A DNA stretch of 64,000 nucleotides from Bacteroidota bacterium (GCA_040756415.1 JBFLYZ010000014.1:2075-66074), one strand, 5' to 3'. Positions 9,289 through 20,500 are shown, counted from the first letter of the stretch. Numbers and translations: made by a program. The notes: a model not told the origin generated them from the letters alone.

Positions 9289-12123
9289 TTGAAAAAGGAA
9301 AAAAACATAGACCTGCTGGATGTGAAAAGCCACATCCTGATCAAGGGAGCCCGGCAGCATAACCTGAAGAACATCGATGTTGCCCTTCCCCGTAATCAGT
9401 TCGTGGTCATTACCGGGCTTTCGGGCTCCGGTAAGTCCTCGCTGGCATTCGATACCCTGTACGCTGAAGGGCAGCGCAGGTATGTAGAGAGTCTTTCGGC
9501 CTATGCGCGCCAGTTCCTGGGCCGCATGAACAAGCCGGATGTGGACTATATACGCGGAATCTCACCGGCCGTAGCCATACAGCAGAAAGTGATCGCGCGA
9601 AATCCCCGCTCAACGGTCGGTACTTCTACCGAGATATACGATTACCTCAAACTGCTGTACGCGCGCATAGGCAAAACTTTTTCGCCCGTAAGCGGCAATA
9701 TTGTGAAGCGCCATACCGTAAGCGATGTGGCGGACCATATCAATTCCCTGCCTGATGGCACGCGCGTGATGGTGCTTTCCCCGCTGAAAAGCAAAGCGGA
9801 CCGTTCGCTCCGGGAGCAGCTCAGCCTGCTGCAGCAGCAGGGATTTTCGCGTGTGAAAAGCGGCAGGGAGGTGTACAAGATCGAGGACCTGCTCGGGGAT
9901 AAAAAAGCGCTGGCATCCGGAAAGGGCGCGGGATGGTATATAGTTATCGACCGTATTACGGTAAACCGCCAGGATGAAGATAACCTCAACCGCATTGCCG
10001 ACAGCGTGCAGACGGCTTTCTATGAAGGAGAGGGCGACCTGACGATCGAGCCGGTGGATGATGGGGCTAAGCTGAAGCCAAGGGATTTCAGCAACCGCTT
10101 CGAGCTCGATGGCATGAGCTTCGAGGAGCCATCGGTGCATTTTTTCAGCTTCAACAATCCCCTGGGCGCATGCCGTACCTGCGAAGGTTTCGGCAGCGTG
10201 ATCGGTATTGACGAGGACCTGGTCATACCGGATAAGTCCTTGTCGGTCTACGAAAACGCCATAGCGCCCTGGCGGGGAGAAGGCAGCATGAGCGAATGGA
10301 AGAACAACCTGCTGTTGTCAGCGCACCTGTTCGATTTCCCGGTGCACCGGCCTTACAGCGAGCTGAGCAAAAAACAGCAGCGGCTGCTTTGGGAAGGCAA
10401 TGCTTATTTCAGAGGGCTCAACGAGTTCTTCAGGTTCGTGGAGTCGCAGTCGTACAAGATACAGTACCGCGTGATGCTTTCGCGTTACCGGGGAAAGACC
10501 ACCTGCCCGGATTGCAGGGGCACGCGCCTGCGCAAAGACGCTGCTTATGTTAAGGTGGCTGCGCGGTCGATCAGCGAAGTGGTGCTTATGCCCGTGAAGG
10601 AGGCCCTGGATTTTTTCCGGCACATCAAACTGGATAGGCATGAGGCGCAGGTAGCCAGGCGCCTGCTGGTGGAGATCACCAGCCGGCTGCAGTTCCTTTG
10701 CGATGTGGGCCTTGGTTACCTTACGCTGAACCGCCTGTCGAATACCCTCTCGGGCGGTGAGTCGCAGCGCATCAACCTGGCCACCGCGCTGGGCAGCTCG
10801 CTGGTGGGATCGATGTATATACTGGATGAGCCGAGCATAGGCCTGCATCCCCGCGATACCCAGCGCCTCATCGGTGTGCTGCAGTCGTTGAAAAAGATCG
10901 GGAACACGGTGATCGTGGTGGAGCACGATGAGGAGATCATGCGCGCGGCCGATAAGCTGATCGATATTGGCCCTATGGCCGGAACGCATGGCGGCAGGGT
11001 GGTGTTCGAAGGAGGGCACGATGAGCTGCTGGCCGAAAAGGAAAGCCTTACAGCGCTGTACCTTACCGGGCAGGAAAAGATTGAAGTGCCGGGGCAAAGG
11101 AGGAAATGGAAGAAGTACATTGAAGTGAAAGGCGCGCACGAGAACAACCTGAAGAACATCAACGTAAGGTTCCCGCTCAATACGCTCACGGTGGTAACGG
11201 GAGTGAGCGGCTCCGGAAAAACCTCGCTGGTCAAGCGCATCCTCTACCCGGCATTGAAAAAAATGTACGGTGGATTTGGCGAAATGACCGGCAAATTCTC
11301 CAGGCTGGACGGCCATACCGACCAGGTGGCTGCGGTGGAGTTCGTGGACCAGAACCCTATAGGAAAAAGCTCGCGCTCCAACCCGGTGACCTATATCAAG
11401 GCGTACGATGAGATACGCAACCTGTTCGCTGAGCAGCCGGTGGCCCGGCTGAGGAATTACAAGCCTTCGGCATTCTCTTTCAACGTAGACGGGGGGCGCT
11501 GCGAAGTGTGCGAGGGAGAAGGAGAGGTAACGATCGAAATGCAGTTCATGGCCGATGTTCACCTGCAGTGCGAGGCCTGCGGGGGCAAGCGTTTCAAGCA
11601 GGACGTGCTGGAAGTGCTTTACCGCGAAAAGAACATTGCGGATGTGCTGGCCATGACCGTAGATGACGCGATCGATTTTTTTTCAGGTGCGAACGGCAAT
11701 ATGGAGCGCAAGATCGTTTCCCGGCTCGAGACCCTTTCGGAGGTAGGGTTGGGGTATGTGCAACTGGGTCAAAGCTCCAGCACGCTGAGCGGGGGAGAGG
11801 CGCAGCGCATCAAGCTGGCGGCTTTTATCGGCCTGGGGCAAAGCTCAACGCCCACCCTCTTTATTTTCGATGAGCCCACCACGGGGCTTCATTTCCACGA
11901 TATCCGCAAGCTGCTGCAGGCCTTCAGCGCGCTGATAGCGCAGGGGCATTCGCTGGTGATCATCGAGCACAATACGGAGATCATCAAATGTGCCGACTGG
12001 GTGATCGACCTGGGGCCTGAAGGTGGCGATGAAGGGGGCCACGTGGTGTTCGAAGGGGTGCCCGAAGAGCTGGTGAAATGCCGGGAAAGCTATACCGGCC
12101 GGTTCCTGCGCGGCAAGCTTTAG
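9289..12123 (+). CDS. uvrA: Excinuclease ABC subunit A
   Basis: A 944-aa protein with two ABC ATPase modules, Walker A motifs (GLSGSGKSSLAFDT, GVSGSGKTSLV), zinc-finger cysteines (CRTCEGFG, CEVCEGEGE) and UvrA signature regions. It starts at TTG (9289). Confidence 0.97.
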   Translation: MKKEKNIDLLDVKSHILIKGARQHNLKNIDVALPRNQFVVITGLSGSGKSSLAFDTLYAEGQRRYVESLSAYARQFLGRMNKPDVDYIRGISPAVAIQQKVIARNPRSTVGTSTEIYDYLKLLYARIGKTFSPVSGNIVKRHTVSDVADHINSLPDGTRVMVLSPLKSKADRSLREQLSLLQQQGFSRVKSGREVYKIEDLLGDKKALASGKGAGWYIVIDRITVNRQDEDNLNRIADSVQTAFYEGEGDLTIEPVDDGAKLKPRDFSNRFELDGMSFEEPSVHFFSFNNPLGACRTCEGFGSVIGIDEDLVIPDKSLSVYENAIAPWRGEGSMSEWKNNLLLSAHLFDFPVHRPYSELSKKQQRLLWEGNAYFRGLNEFFRFVESQSYKIQYRVMLSRYRGKTTCPDCRGTRLRKDAAYVKVAARSISEVVLMPVKEALDFFRHIKLDRHEAQVARRLLVEITSRLQFLCDVGLGYLTLNRLSNTLSGGESQRINLATALGSSLVGSMYILDEPSIGLHPRDTQRLIGVLQSLKKIGNTVIVVEHDEEIMRAADKLIDIGPMAGTHGGRVVFEGGHDELLAEKESLTALYLTGQEKIEVPGQRRKWKKYIEVKGAHENNLKNINVRFPLNTLTVVTGVSGSGKTSLVKRILYPALKKMYGGFGEMTGKFSRLDGHTDQVAAVEFVDQNPIGKSSRSNPVTYIKAYDEIRNLFAEQPVARLRNYKPSAFSFNVDGGRCEVCEGEGEVTIEMQFMADVHLQCEACGGKRFKQDVLEVLYREKNIADVLAMTVDDAIDFFSGANGNMERKIVSRLETLSEVGLGYVQLGQSSSTLSGGEAQRIKLAAFIGLGQSSTPTLFIFDEPTTGLHFHDIRKLLQAFSALIAQGHSLVIIEHNTEIIKCADWVIDLGPEGGDEGGHVVFEGVPEELVKCRESYTGRFLRGKL

Positions 12124-12701
12124 CCGTGGATATTCTCTTTCTTTCCGTAATTGGCGATCACCCTGGCCTCGTATTCCAGCCATTCCTTCCAGCGCTGGTC
12201 CACGTCCACCTCCTCTGAATATTTTTTCGCGAAACCGAGAAATACGGTGTAATGGTTCGCTTCAGAGATCATCAGGTCGCGGTAGAACGTTTTCAGCTCT
12301 TCATTTTTTATGTTCTCCGACAGCACCCTGAAACGCTCGCAGCTACGCGCCTCGATCATGGCCGCGAAGAGCAGTCGCTCCACCAGCGCCACATTGCGCG
12401 AGACCCCTTTGCGCATGAACTTGTACAGCTCGTTCACATAGTCGTCCTTCCGCTCTGGGCCCAGGGCTTTGCCCCGCGCCTTGATCTTTTCATGCACCAT
12501 GGCAAAATGGCTCATTTCCTCCTGTGCGATGGCAATGAGCGTATCCACCATCTCGGTGCGCTCGGGGTTGGATACGATCAGCGATATGCAGTTGGTGGCT
12601 GCCTTTTGCTCGCACCAGGCGTGATCGGTCAGGATCTCATCGATGTTGCTCTCAACGATGTTCACCCACCGCGGGTCGGTTGGTAGTTTTAATCCCAGCA
12701 T
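12120..12701 (-). CDS. miaE: tRNA-(ms2io6A)-hydroxylase-like (MiaE family, ferritin-like di-iron)
   Basis: A 193-aa protein with the MiaE-like pattern (DHAWCEQKAATNCISLI… EEMSHFAMVHEKI… ISEANHYTVFLGFA). It is convergent with uvrA and their stops overlap by 4 bp. Confidence 0.55.
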   Translation of the reverse strand: MLGLKLPTDPRWVNIVESNIDEILTDHAWCEQKAATNCISLIVSNPERTEMVDTLIAIAQEEMSHFAMVHEKIKARGKALGPERKDDYVNELYKFMRKGVSRNVALVERLLFAAMIEARSCERFRVLSENIKNEELKTFYRDLMISEANHYTVFLGFAKKYSEEVDVDQRWKEWLEYEARVIANYGKKENIHG

Positions 12702-12728
12702 ATGGACAGCAAATATCCGAATACCGCG

Positions 12729-13970
12729 CTAATCCGGGTTGGATTCGATGAATTTTTTCATCAGGGGACCGCTTATCAGAGAGGTGACCAGGGCCATGAT
12801 CACCAGGGCCACGAACATACGCTCATCGATCAGGCCCGCGTTGAGCGCCAGCGTGCCAAGTATGATCTCCATGGCGCCCCGTGCATTGAGGCCGAATCCC
12901 ACCGCGATGGATTCGCGTTTCGACAGGCCGCCCATGTAGGCGCCCAGCGAGGCGCCAATCAGCTTGCAGACCACAGCGAGGAAGAGGACGATAGCAACCA
13001 GTTGCGGGTCGAAGTTCTGGATGAAGTTCACTTTGAGCCCAAGGGACACGAAAAAGAGCGGAGCGAATACGTTGGTCACGAACTGGTGGATGATCTCCCG
13101 CGCGCGCTCGTGCAGGTGCACCGAATCCCCGAAGGCGATGCCCATGATGAAGGCTCCCAGTATGGCATGCAGCCCGATGTTCTCGGTAAACGCAGCGCTC
13201 AGGAAGCAGAGGCCGAAGGCCAGGGAAAGCACGCCACCGGGCCAGGAGAGCCTGGACTGCACCCAGGGCAGGGCGCGGTCGATGATGCGCCTGCCGATCA
13301 GCAGCATGAACAGCCCGAAGCCGAGTATCATCCCGACCGAATACCATACGTTGGTGATCTCGCCTTCTTTACCCATCATGGAAAGCACGAGCGAGAAGAG
13401 CAGCCAGCCGGTGAGGTCATCGAAAATGGCCGAAGCGATCACGATCTGCCCGACCCGGGTCTTATAGATGTTCAGGTCCATCAGGATCTTGGCGATAACG
13501 GGTATGGCCGAAATAGCCATGGCCGTTCCGAAAAAAATGGAATAGACCAGGTCGTTGCCCGGGGTGAGGTTGAACCAATGCGGGGCGAACCATACCGCGG
13601 CAAAGCCCAGCGCAAAGGGAATGATCATGCTGGTAAAGCTCGTGTAGATCGCGGTTTTGCCCTGCTTGAGCATGATCTGCAATTGCACTTCCATGCCCGC
13701 GACAAACAACAGCATGATCACCGCCAGCGAAGTGATGCCGTCAAGCGCGATCTTGGCCGCCCCGGCAGAAGGGAAGAGCGATTTGAACAGCCCGGGGTCT
13801 ATGCTGCCCAGCACGGTGGGGCCGAGCAGTATACCCACGATCAGCTCGCCCATCACGATGGGCAGTTTGAACTTTTTGCCCAGCTCCGAGATCAGCCGCG
13901 CCAGGATCAGCATGATGCCGATGGCGATCAGCAGGGTGAGCAGGTCGTTATGGGAGAATTTCATGGGCAT
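12729..13970 (-). CDS. Cation:proton antiporter (CPA/Na+-H+ exchanger family)
   Basis: 413 aa, polytopic, with an N-terminus (LLTLLIAIGIMLILARLISELGKKFKLPIVMGELIVGILLGP) typical of Kef/NhaP-type exchangers. Confidence 0.85.
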   Translation of the reverse strand: MPMKFSHNDLLTLLIAIGIMLILARLISELGKKFKLPIVMGELIVGILLGPTVLGSIDPGLFKSLFPSAGAAKIALDGITSLAVIMLLFVAGMEVQLQIMLKQGKTAIYTSFTSMIIPFALGFAAVWFAPHWFNLTPGNDLVYSIFFGTAMAISAIPVIAKILMDLNIYKTRVGQIVIASAIFDDLTGWLLFSLVLSMMGKEGEITNVWYSVGMILGFGLFMLLIGRRIIDRALPWVQSRLSWPGGVLSLAFGLCFLSAAFTENIGLHAILGAFIMGIAFGDSVHLHERAREIIHQFVTNVFAPLFFVSLGLKVNFIQNFDPQLVAIVLFLAVVCKLIGASLGAYMGGLSKRESIAVGFGLNARGAMEIILGTLALNAGLIDERMFVALVIMALVTSLISGPLMKKFIESNPD

Positions 13971-13971
13971 G

Positions 13972-14853
13972 TCATACGCGCGAGTGAACGATCAGTACGT
14001 TACAGGGCAGGTCGGCAAGTATGTATTCTATGTCATGCGTGAAGATCCTGTCGAGGAGGGTGAGGTTGGTATCGGGCGAGTTGATGACCAGCAGGTCGGC
14101 CTTTTTATCGCGCGCGTATTTGCTGATGGCGTAGCCCGGCTTGCCCTTGATGGTCTTTTCCGTGATCTTTACCTTGTCGGTCTTGCATTGCTCGATCACC
14201 GAATGCAGCTTTTCTTCTTCTTCGGCCGAAAGACTTTTCTTCAGCTCCTTGGCCTCGGGGGCCGTGCTTTCATCCGCAATGGTCATGGCCAGGGCGGGGG
14301 TATGCACCTCCTTAACCACCGTGATCTCCCTGATGTCGTAGCTCTCAGCGAAATAGAGAGCGGTGTTGATGGTGTGTATGGTCTTGGGATTTTCGACACC
14401 GTTTACGATGATCTTCCTGGGTTTGCTGGCATTGACATGCGGTGTAGTGAGCAGCAGTACCGAGCATTTCGCCTTCCGGCTGATGCTGCGGGCCAGGGAT
14501 CCGATGTAGAAGGTCAGCAGGTTCTCTTTTTGCAGAGCGCCAATAATCAGCAGGTCCACAATATTGAGCTTGCATATCTTGAGTATGCTGTCAGCGGGAG
14601 TCCCCTGCGTCCAGATCACGCGAACGCTTTCGGGGCTGATGCCGAGCTTATCCATCATCTTCTGCAGCTTTTCTTCCTTGTTGGCCGTTTTAGCTCCCAC
14701 ATGAATGAGGATGAGCGAAGCGTCAAGCACGAAGGCCAGGCGCCTGGCCTCCGCCAGCACCGCTTCCAGGCGCGGAGAAAAGGCAATGGCCACGGCAATG
14801 GTTTCAAATGGATAGGAAGGACGCTTTTTGAGCTTAGCCAGGTTGAAGGTCAT
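13972..14853 (-). CDS. Universal stress protein (tandem UspA domains)
   Basis: Two UspA-like halves (IAVAIAFSPRLEAV…LILIHV ; …LLVINSPDTNLTLLDRIFTHDIEYILADLPCNVLIVH). It is co-directional with the antiporter gene, 1 bp downstream. Confidence 0.8.
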   Translation of the reverse strand: MTFNLAKLKKRPSYPFETIAVAIAFSPRLEAVLAEARRLAFVLDASLILIHVGAKTANKEEKLQKMMDKLGISPESVRVIWTQGTPADSILKICKLNIVDLLIIGALQKENLLTFYIGSLARSISRKAKCSVLLLTTPHVNASKPRKIIVNGVENPKTIHTINTALYFAESYDIREITVVKEVHTPALAMTIADESTAPEAKELKKSLSAEEEEKLHSVIEQCKTDKVKITEKTIKGKPGYAISKYARDKKADLLVINSPDTNLTLLDRIFTHDIEYILADLPCNVLIVHSRV

Positions 14854-14929
14854 GGTCGGATTTGTTGATAAACAAAGGTAAAATTATAACAGGAAACGCT
14901 AAATCCTTAATGAAAATAATTGCGTATGT

Positions 14930-15685
14930 TTGGGAAACGATTCTGTTGTGAAGTATATTCTGCTTTTCTTCGTATTGCACTGGTTCCTGTCCCTTTTTTG
15001 CCAGACCTTTTTCCTGCATCGCTACGCCTCGCATAAAATGTTTACGATGAACAGGTTCTGGGAGCGATTTTTTTACTTTTTCACCTTTCTCACCCAGGGC
15101 TCGTCCTTCCTGAATCCACGGGCCTATGCCATCATGCACCGCATGCATCACGCGTTCAGCGACACCGAAAAAGACCCGCATTCGCCCCATTTCATCAAAG
15201 ATGTGTGGGGGCTGATGATCAAGACCAAGAATATTTACCTGCAGTACGCCAAATACAAAAAGCAGCCCGAGCCCGAGTTCATTGACCGTTACCCTGAATG
15301 GAAGCTTATGGACTACCTGTCCGACCTGTGGCTTACGCGTATCCTTTTTATCCTGGCTTATACCGCTTTTTACGTCCGGTTCGTGCCGGACGGGCAATGG
15401 TGGTGGTATCCCCTCCTGCTGGTACATTTTTTCATGGGACCCGTTCATGGGGCCATCGTGAACTGGTGCGGGCACAAGTACGGATATTCCAATTTCGATA
15501 ATGAGGACCACAGCAAAAACAGCCTTCCCGTGGACCTGCTGATGATGGGGGAGCTCTTCCAGAACAATCATCACCGCAGCCCGAATAACGCAAATTTCGC
15601 CCGCAAGTGGTTCGAGTTCGACCCCACTTATCCCGTCATGCGCGTATTGCACTGGACGGGGATCATTCAGCTAAGAAAAATATAG
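14930..15685 (+). CDS. Membrane fatty-acid (acyl-CoA/acyl-lipid) desaturase
   Basis: Three histidine boxes (HRYASH, HRMHH, NNHHRSP) between hydrophobic segments. The start is uncertain: TTG at 14930 or GTG at 14948. Confidence 0.75.
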   Translation: MGNDSVVKYILLFFVLHWFLSLFCQTFFLHRYASHKMFTMNRFWERFFYFFTFLTQGSSFLNPRAYAIMHRMHHAFSDTEKDPHSPHFIKDVWGLMIKTKNIYLQYAKYKKQPEPEFIDRYPEWKLMDYLSDLWLTRILFILAYTAFYVRFVPDGQWWWYPLLLVHFFMGPVHGAIVNWCGHKYGYSNFDNEDHSKNSLPVDLLMMGELFQNNHHRSPNNANFARKWFEFDPTYPVMRVLHWTGIIQLRKI

Positions 15686-15686
15686 C

Positions 15687-16478
15687 ATGAACAACCCCTA
15701 CGTTCTGATCCCGCTCGTATCCTTCGCCTGCTGCAGCCTCATCATGATCCTGGTTTGGATCTGGGCCTGGCGTATCCGTAACGCGGGCGTGGTGGATATT
15801 TTCTGGGCCTTCAACTTTACGGTGATCGCTGCTGTGATCTGGCTCATGGCCGATGGCTATGAGCTGCGCAAAACCCTGGTGTGCGCACTGGCCGGGCTCT
15901 GGAGCCTGCGCCTGGGCATTTACCTGCTTGTTCGCGTGGGATCGCACCTGAAGGAGGAGGAGGGCCGCTACAGGCAGTTGCGGCAGGAGTGGGGGCCTCA
16001 TCCCGACCGCGCCTTTTTCTTTTTCTTCCAGGCACAGGCCCTGTCCAATATCTTTCTTTCCATTCCCTTTTTCATCATCGCGCTGAACCCCGATCCGGTG
16101 CTTCACCTGCCGGAGAAGATCGGGGCCGGCATGTGGCTGCTATCCATTATCGGAGAGGGGGCGGCTGATATGCAATTGAAGCTATTCAAGAACGATCCGG
16201 CCAATAAGGGCAAGGTGTGCCAGAAAGGCCTGTGGTATTATTCCAGGCATCCCAACTACTTCTTCCAGTTCATGATCTGGGTCTCCGTATTCATCTTTGC
16301 GCTTTCCAGCGATTACGGCTGGATATCCATCGTTTGCCCCCTTACGATATTTTACCTGATATGGAAGGTCACCGGCATTCCCATGACCGAGGAGCAATCG
16401 CTGCGCACCAAGGGCGATGCCTTCCGCGAATACCAGCGAACTACCAGCGTATTCGTTCCCTGGTTCAAGAAGAGGTGA
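15687..16478 (+). CDS. DUF1295 family membrane protein (steroid 5-alpha-reductase/ICMT-like fold)
   Basis: Polytopic, with a C-terminal SRHPNYFFQFMIWVS motif. The start is 1 bp after the desaturase stop. Confidence 0.7.
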   Translation: MNNPYVLIPLVSFACCSLIMILVWIWAWRIRNAGVVDIFWAFNFTVIAAVIWLMADGYELRKTLVCALAGLWSLRLGIYLLVRVGSHLKEEEGRYRQLRQEWGPHPDRAFFFFFQAQALSNIFLSIPFFIIALNPDPVLHLPEKIGAGMWLLSIIGEGAADMQLKLFKNDPANKGKVCQKGLWYYSRHPNYFFQFMIWVSVFIFALSSDYGWISIVCPLTIFYLIWKVTGIPMTEEQSLRTKGDAFREYQRTTSVFVPWFKKR

Positions 16479-16479
16479 T

Positions 16480-17514
16480 ATGTGGTATGACGGTCTGCTC
16501 GAACGGGATCTTGTTCCGGATTTCCTGATACGAAAGGGCATACGAAAGCTCCTGCGCCAGCGCTTGCGCGAAGAGGATAAGGGCAGCCCCGAGGCCAATA
16601 GAAAACACCTGCAGGCGCTGGTGGAGGAGCTGAAATCTTCGCCCATCGCTATTGAAACGAAAGCCGCCAATGAACAGCACTATGAAGTACCCACCGGTTT
16701 CTATAAGCTCTGCCTGGGCAGGCATTTAAAGTACAGCGGTTGTTTTTATAAAGAAGGCGTTACCGATCTTTCGGTGGCTGAGAAAGATATGCTCGAGCTG
16801 ACCTGTGAGCGGGCCGGGCTGAAGGATGGCATGGATATCCTGGAACTAGGTTGCGGATGGGGGTCCCTGTCGTTGTTCATGGCTGCCAGGTTCCCGCAAA
16901 GCCGCATCACAGGAGTTTCCAATTCGCGAACGCAAAAAATGCATATTGATGAGGAGGCCGAGAAGAGAGGCCTTAAGAACCTGGATATCGTCACGGCCGA
17001 TATGAATGTTTTTTCAACTGAAAAGAGGTTCGATCGCGTGGTTTCGGTAGAGATGTTCGAGCATATGCGCAATTACCATGAGTTGATGAAAAGGATCGCG
17101 GGCTGGCTTAATGACGATGGCCGCTTGTTCGTTCATATTTTTACGCACAGGACATTTGCGTATAAATTCGAGGTGAAGGATGAGACGGACTGGATGAGCA
17201 ACTATTTTTTTACCGGGGGCATTATGCCCAGCAACGACCTGCTCTTTTATTTTGACGAGCATATGGTAAAAGAAAATTTCTGGGAAGTGAACGGCCTGCA
17301 CTATTCAAAGACCGCTGAGGCCTGGCTGAAGAATATGGACCGGCACAGGAAAGAGATACTGGAATTGTTCAGGATCACTTACGGTGACAAGCAGGCGCTG
17401 AAGTGGTTCGTGTACTGGCGAATATTCTATATGGCCTGCGCTGAACTGTGGGGCTACGGCCAGGGAAGAGAATGGATGGTTTGCCACTACCTGTTCAAAA
17501 AAAGGCGATCATAG
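16480..17514 (+). CDS. Cyclopropane-fatty-acyl-phospholipid synthase family SAM-dependent methyltransferase
   Basis: SAM-binding motif (ILELGCGWGSLSLFMA) and CFA/mycolic-acid methyltransferase-like flanks (YEVPTGFYKLCLGRHLKYSGCFY… FEHM…). Starts at ATG 16480, directly after the DUF1295 stop. Confidence 0.85.
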   Translation: MWYDGLLERDLVPDFLIRKGIRKLLRQRLREEDKGSPEANRKHLQALVEELKSSPIAIETKAANEQHYEVPTGFYKLCLGRHLKYSGCFYKEGVTDLSVAEKDMLELTCERAGLKDGMDILELGCGWGSLSLFMAARFPQSRITGVSNSRTQKMHIDEEAEKRGLKNLDIVTADMNVFSTEKRFDRVVSVEMFEHMRNYHELMKRIAGWLNDDGRLFVHIFTHRTFAYKFEVKDETDWMSNYFFTGGIMPSNDLLFYFDEHMVKENFWEVNGLHYSKTAEAWLKNMDRHRKEILELFRITYGDKQALKWFVYWRIFYMACAELWGYGQGREWMVCHYLFKKRRS

Positions 17515-20500
17515 CTCAAACCTGATCGTGCGGCTGTACTGGCCGCTGTGGATGTTCAGGAAATAAACCCCTTTGGGTGCATGCATGGGTACAGGCAGCT
17601 CGTTCCGGTGAGCGCTGAAGCTTATTTCCTGAATTACCTGCTGCCCGAGCACATTGGTAACGGTAACCGTTACGGTAGCCGGTGCGGGCAGATCGAAATG
17701 CAGCGTGAGCAGGTTATCCCCGGTGCTCAGGCCGATATGCTGAAGCAGAGGCGTTTCAGGCAGGCCGGTGGTATTCACAACGGTGATCACAAAGGTGCTG
17801 GTATCGCTGCAATTGCCGTTCGAGGCGATGAGCGTGACCGTATAGGTGCCCGTGGACTGGTAATAATGCACGGGGTTGGCGCTGTTATCCGTCATGGAAT
17901 TGTCGCCAAAGTTCCAGGTATATGAGCTGGCGCCCGAAGAGCTGTTGGTAAATGACACAAGGCCATTAGTATAGAGATCAGCGGTATCGTTGCTCGCTGA
18001 GAAAGATGCGGTAACTGGGGCAGGCTGATTGATCAGCGCGTTGGCCGAACCCGAGCACCCGTTCGCATCGCTCACGATAACCGCGTAGTTCCCAGGCGGC
18101 AGTCCGGATAGGTTTTGCACAGTAGCTCCGTTCGACCAGGAGAAAGTATAAGTCGGGGTGCCGCCCGAGATCTGAAGCAGGAGGCTGCCGTCATTCATTC
18201 CATTGCATGAAACATCGGAAGGAAGGGGAGTGGCGATAAGCTGACCGGGCTGCGTGACCATAAAGGTATCGCTCACCATACCGCAAACGGAGCTGGCATC
18301 GATCACTTCGACCGTATATATCCCGGCAGTGAGGTTCATGAGCGTATCGGCCGTGCTGATGGCTGCGGAGGTTTGAAGAATATTTCCCAGCGAGTCTTTC
18401 CATACATAGGTCCAGGGGCCGCTGCCGTTACCCATTGCTATAGCGTAGCCAACGCTATCCCCGTAGCAGGTCACACCGAAGGTTTGTTTCTGGATGGGGG
18501 AAGAGATGTGAATTAGAAAACGCGGAGAGTAGCTGGTGTCGGATATAGAGAAGGTATAGGATGTGAAGGTCCTCAGATCGGTGGTGGTCCCGGTAAGCAG
18601 GTCTTCCAGCACCATGCAGGCGCTTAAGGGAAGGTTAGACAGGCTATCGCGGGTAATGGTATAGGTGCCGTTAGCTCCCACCAGAACACGCAGGGGTATG
18701 CTGATGCTGGTTCCGGGCATGGGAATGCTATTGATAGAATAATCCGAATTGTTCATTACCGTGGCAAGGTAGGGAGCGTTCGGGCCGCCATAAAGCTTAT
18801 ACGCGTCCAGTCCATTGTCAAAGCCATTGGTGGCCGAGGGATCGAAACGGATCACGGTCTGGTCCTGCAGATTATTGCCGTAAATATTCAATCCCAGGTT
18901 GTAGATCTGCTGGGTTTGCGCCATGCGCATGAAGGCCTGGTCGGTTGCCGATTTCACATTTTCTGTCATCGATAAAGCGGGGCCTGCGGCATTGGCCTGT
19001 ATCCAGAAACCTTGTGTGGAGGGAATGACGCTGGTACCCCCGTTCGTTCCTATGCCAGCGATATAGCTGGCGAATTGCTGAAGGTTGGGGTTCCACACGT
19101 AGATGGCGTTGTTAAGACTGGTCTTGGTCCACCCCACCGCATCCCAGTCGATGGAAGAGGGGTAGGGGTTGGATACCAGGTTCCAGCCGTCATTCAGCGG
19201 GTTGCCGCTGTTGGAATAGGTAAGGCCCGGGAAAGTGAAATTGAACTTGTTGGGAACACCGGTAACATCAATGGTAATGGGAGCCGGCCCCACATAGCAA
19301 TAGAACCCCACACCGAGGGTAAGCGGGTTGCTTATATTGGTGGCCCATACGAACCCCGAATCTTTATCGTCATATGGCGGTACGACAAGTGTTTCGTTAT
19401 AGGTCATGACCGATACCCAGCCGAAGTTGGGATAATCGGAACCCGTGAAGCCGGCCATAATAAAATCATCGTTCCACGAAGCGAGGGTTTGCCCTGTTAT
19501 GCAGGTGCCGAGCATGCGCCAGTCGGTAGTTGCCCCCGAGGGAATGAAGCGCTGCATGGTGATGTTGCCTGCGATATTGCCTGTGGCGGGTATGGCGGCT
19601 ATCCTACCGGTTCCTGAAGCATTCGACAGGATGGTAAATATCTGGCCGGTAGTGGTGAATATGCCATTCGTCACCGTAAGCGAACCCTGGAGGTTCTGCG
19701 CGCTGGTGATGCTCACCCCGGCTGCATTATTGATCGTAAGGTTGTAAAAAGTGGTTATGGCGGTTCCGCCAATGGTCTGCGCGGCTGTTCCGCTCATGAG
19801 CACCGTGCTGGTCTGGGCGTTAAAGGTGCCGTTGTTGGTCCAGGTGGTATTGACATCAATGGTGAAGCTGCTACCGTCCAGGACAGCCCCGCTATTGATG
19901 GTCAGCGATGCGTTGGTGGTAATATTGCTGGCAAGGGTCTTGATGCCGCCATTGGAAAATACCAGGTGGTTGAAGGTTTCGCCCCCCGTCCTGGAGATGC
20001 TTTGAGGCGATGTGCCGTTGAAGGTTACGGTAGCTGTTCCCGTACGGGGATTGAAGCTGCCTGTGCTGGACCAGTTGCCTCCCACCGTAAGGTCGTTGAA
20101 GGGGCTGGATACATCAAAGGTGCTGCTGATGGTAACATCTCCATTCACGATCACGTCAGAAACGAGCGATTTGGTTCCGGAACCCGAGAGCGTAAGGTGA
20201 TGGTAGGCGGTGAGCGGGGCCCTCACCGTTTGGTTGCCGGCAAAATTATAGTTCACGGTATTGCCCGCTCCGGAAGGATCGAAGGTAGCGACCGAAAAAG
20301 TGACGGTAGAAGCGTTATAGTTCAGCGTGCCGCTGCCCTGCGCCCATGTTCCCGGGCCCGAAATGCGATTATTGATATTCACCGTTCCGTTATTCGTATA
20401 CGAACCGGTTACAGAGACAATACCGGGAAAGGTGAGGGCATTGCTTCCGCTGATGGTCTTGGCCGTTCCCGATAGCGTATAAGTTCCGGTATTGGCGGTG

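Noticed and set aside
9289-9291. Whether uvrA really starts at TTG (and similarly the rhomboid gene at 30825, the desaturase at 14930 and the sigma gene at a GTG at 2616).
   Set aside because: This is not a feature in itself. Alternative starts are plausible in this genome, and the uncertainty is noted in the feature evidence.
12120-12123. 4-bp overlap of convergent uvrA and miaE-like stop codons (and a 6-bp overlap at 17509..17514).
   Set aside because: These are real, but they are a common consequence of compact genomes and carry no regulatory signal.
12702-14042. 446-aa plus-strand ORF (very Asp/His/Gly/Arg/Gln-rich) antisense to the antiporter/UspA genes. Similar long antisense ORFs occur at 5852..6544, 6551..7105, 10318..11562, 32116..33258, 35461..36171, 39375..40664, 41914..43263, 42993..44075, 44755..46293, 46873..47499, 54652..56205, 56572..57576 and 59260..60303.
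   Set aside because: They have low-complexity, charged composition and no signal or domain motifs. Each lies opposite a gene with a clear family assignment. High-GC coding DNA yields long antisense ORFs by chance.
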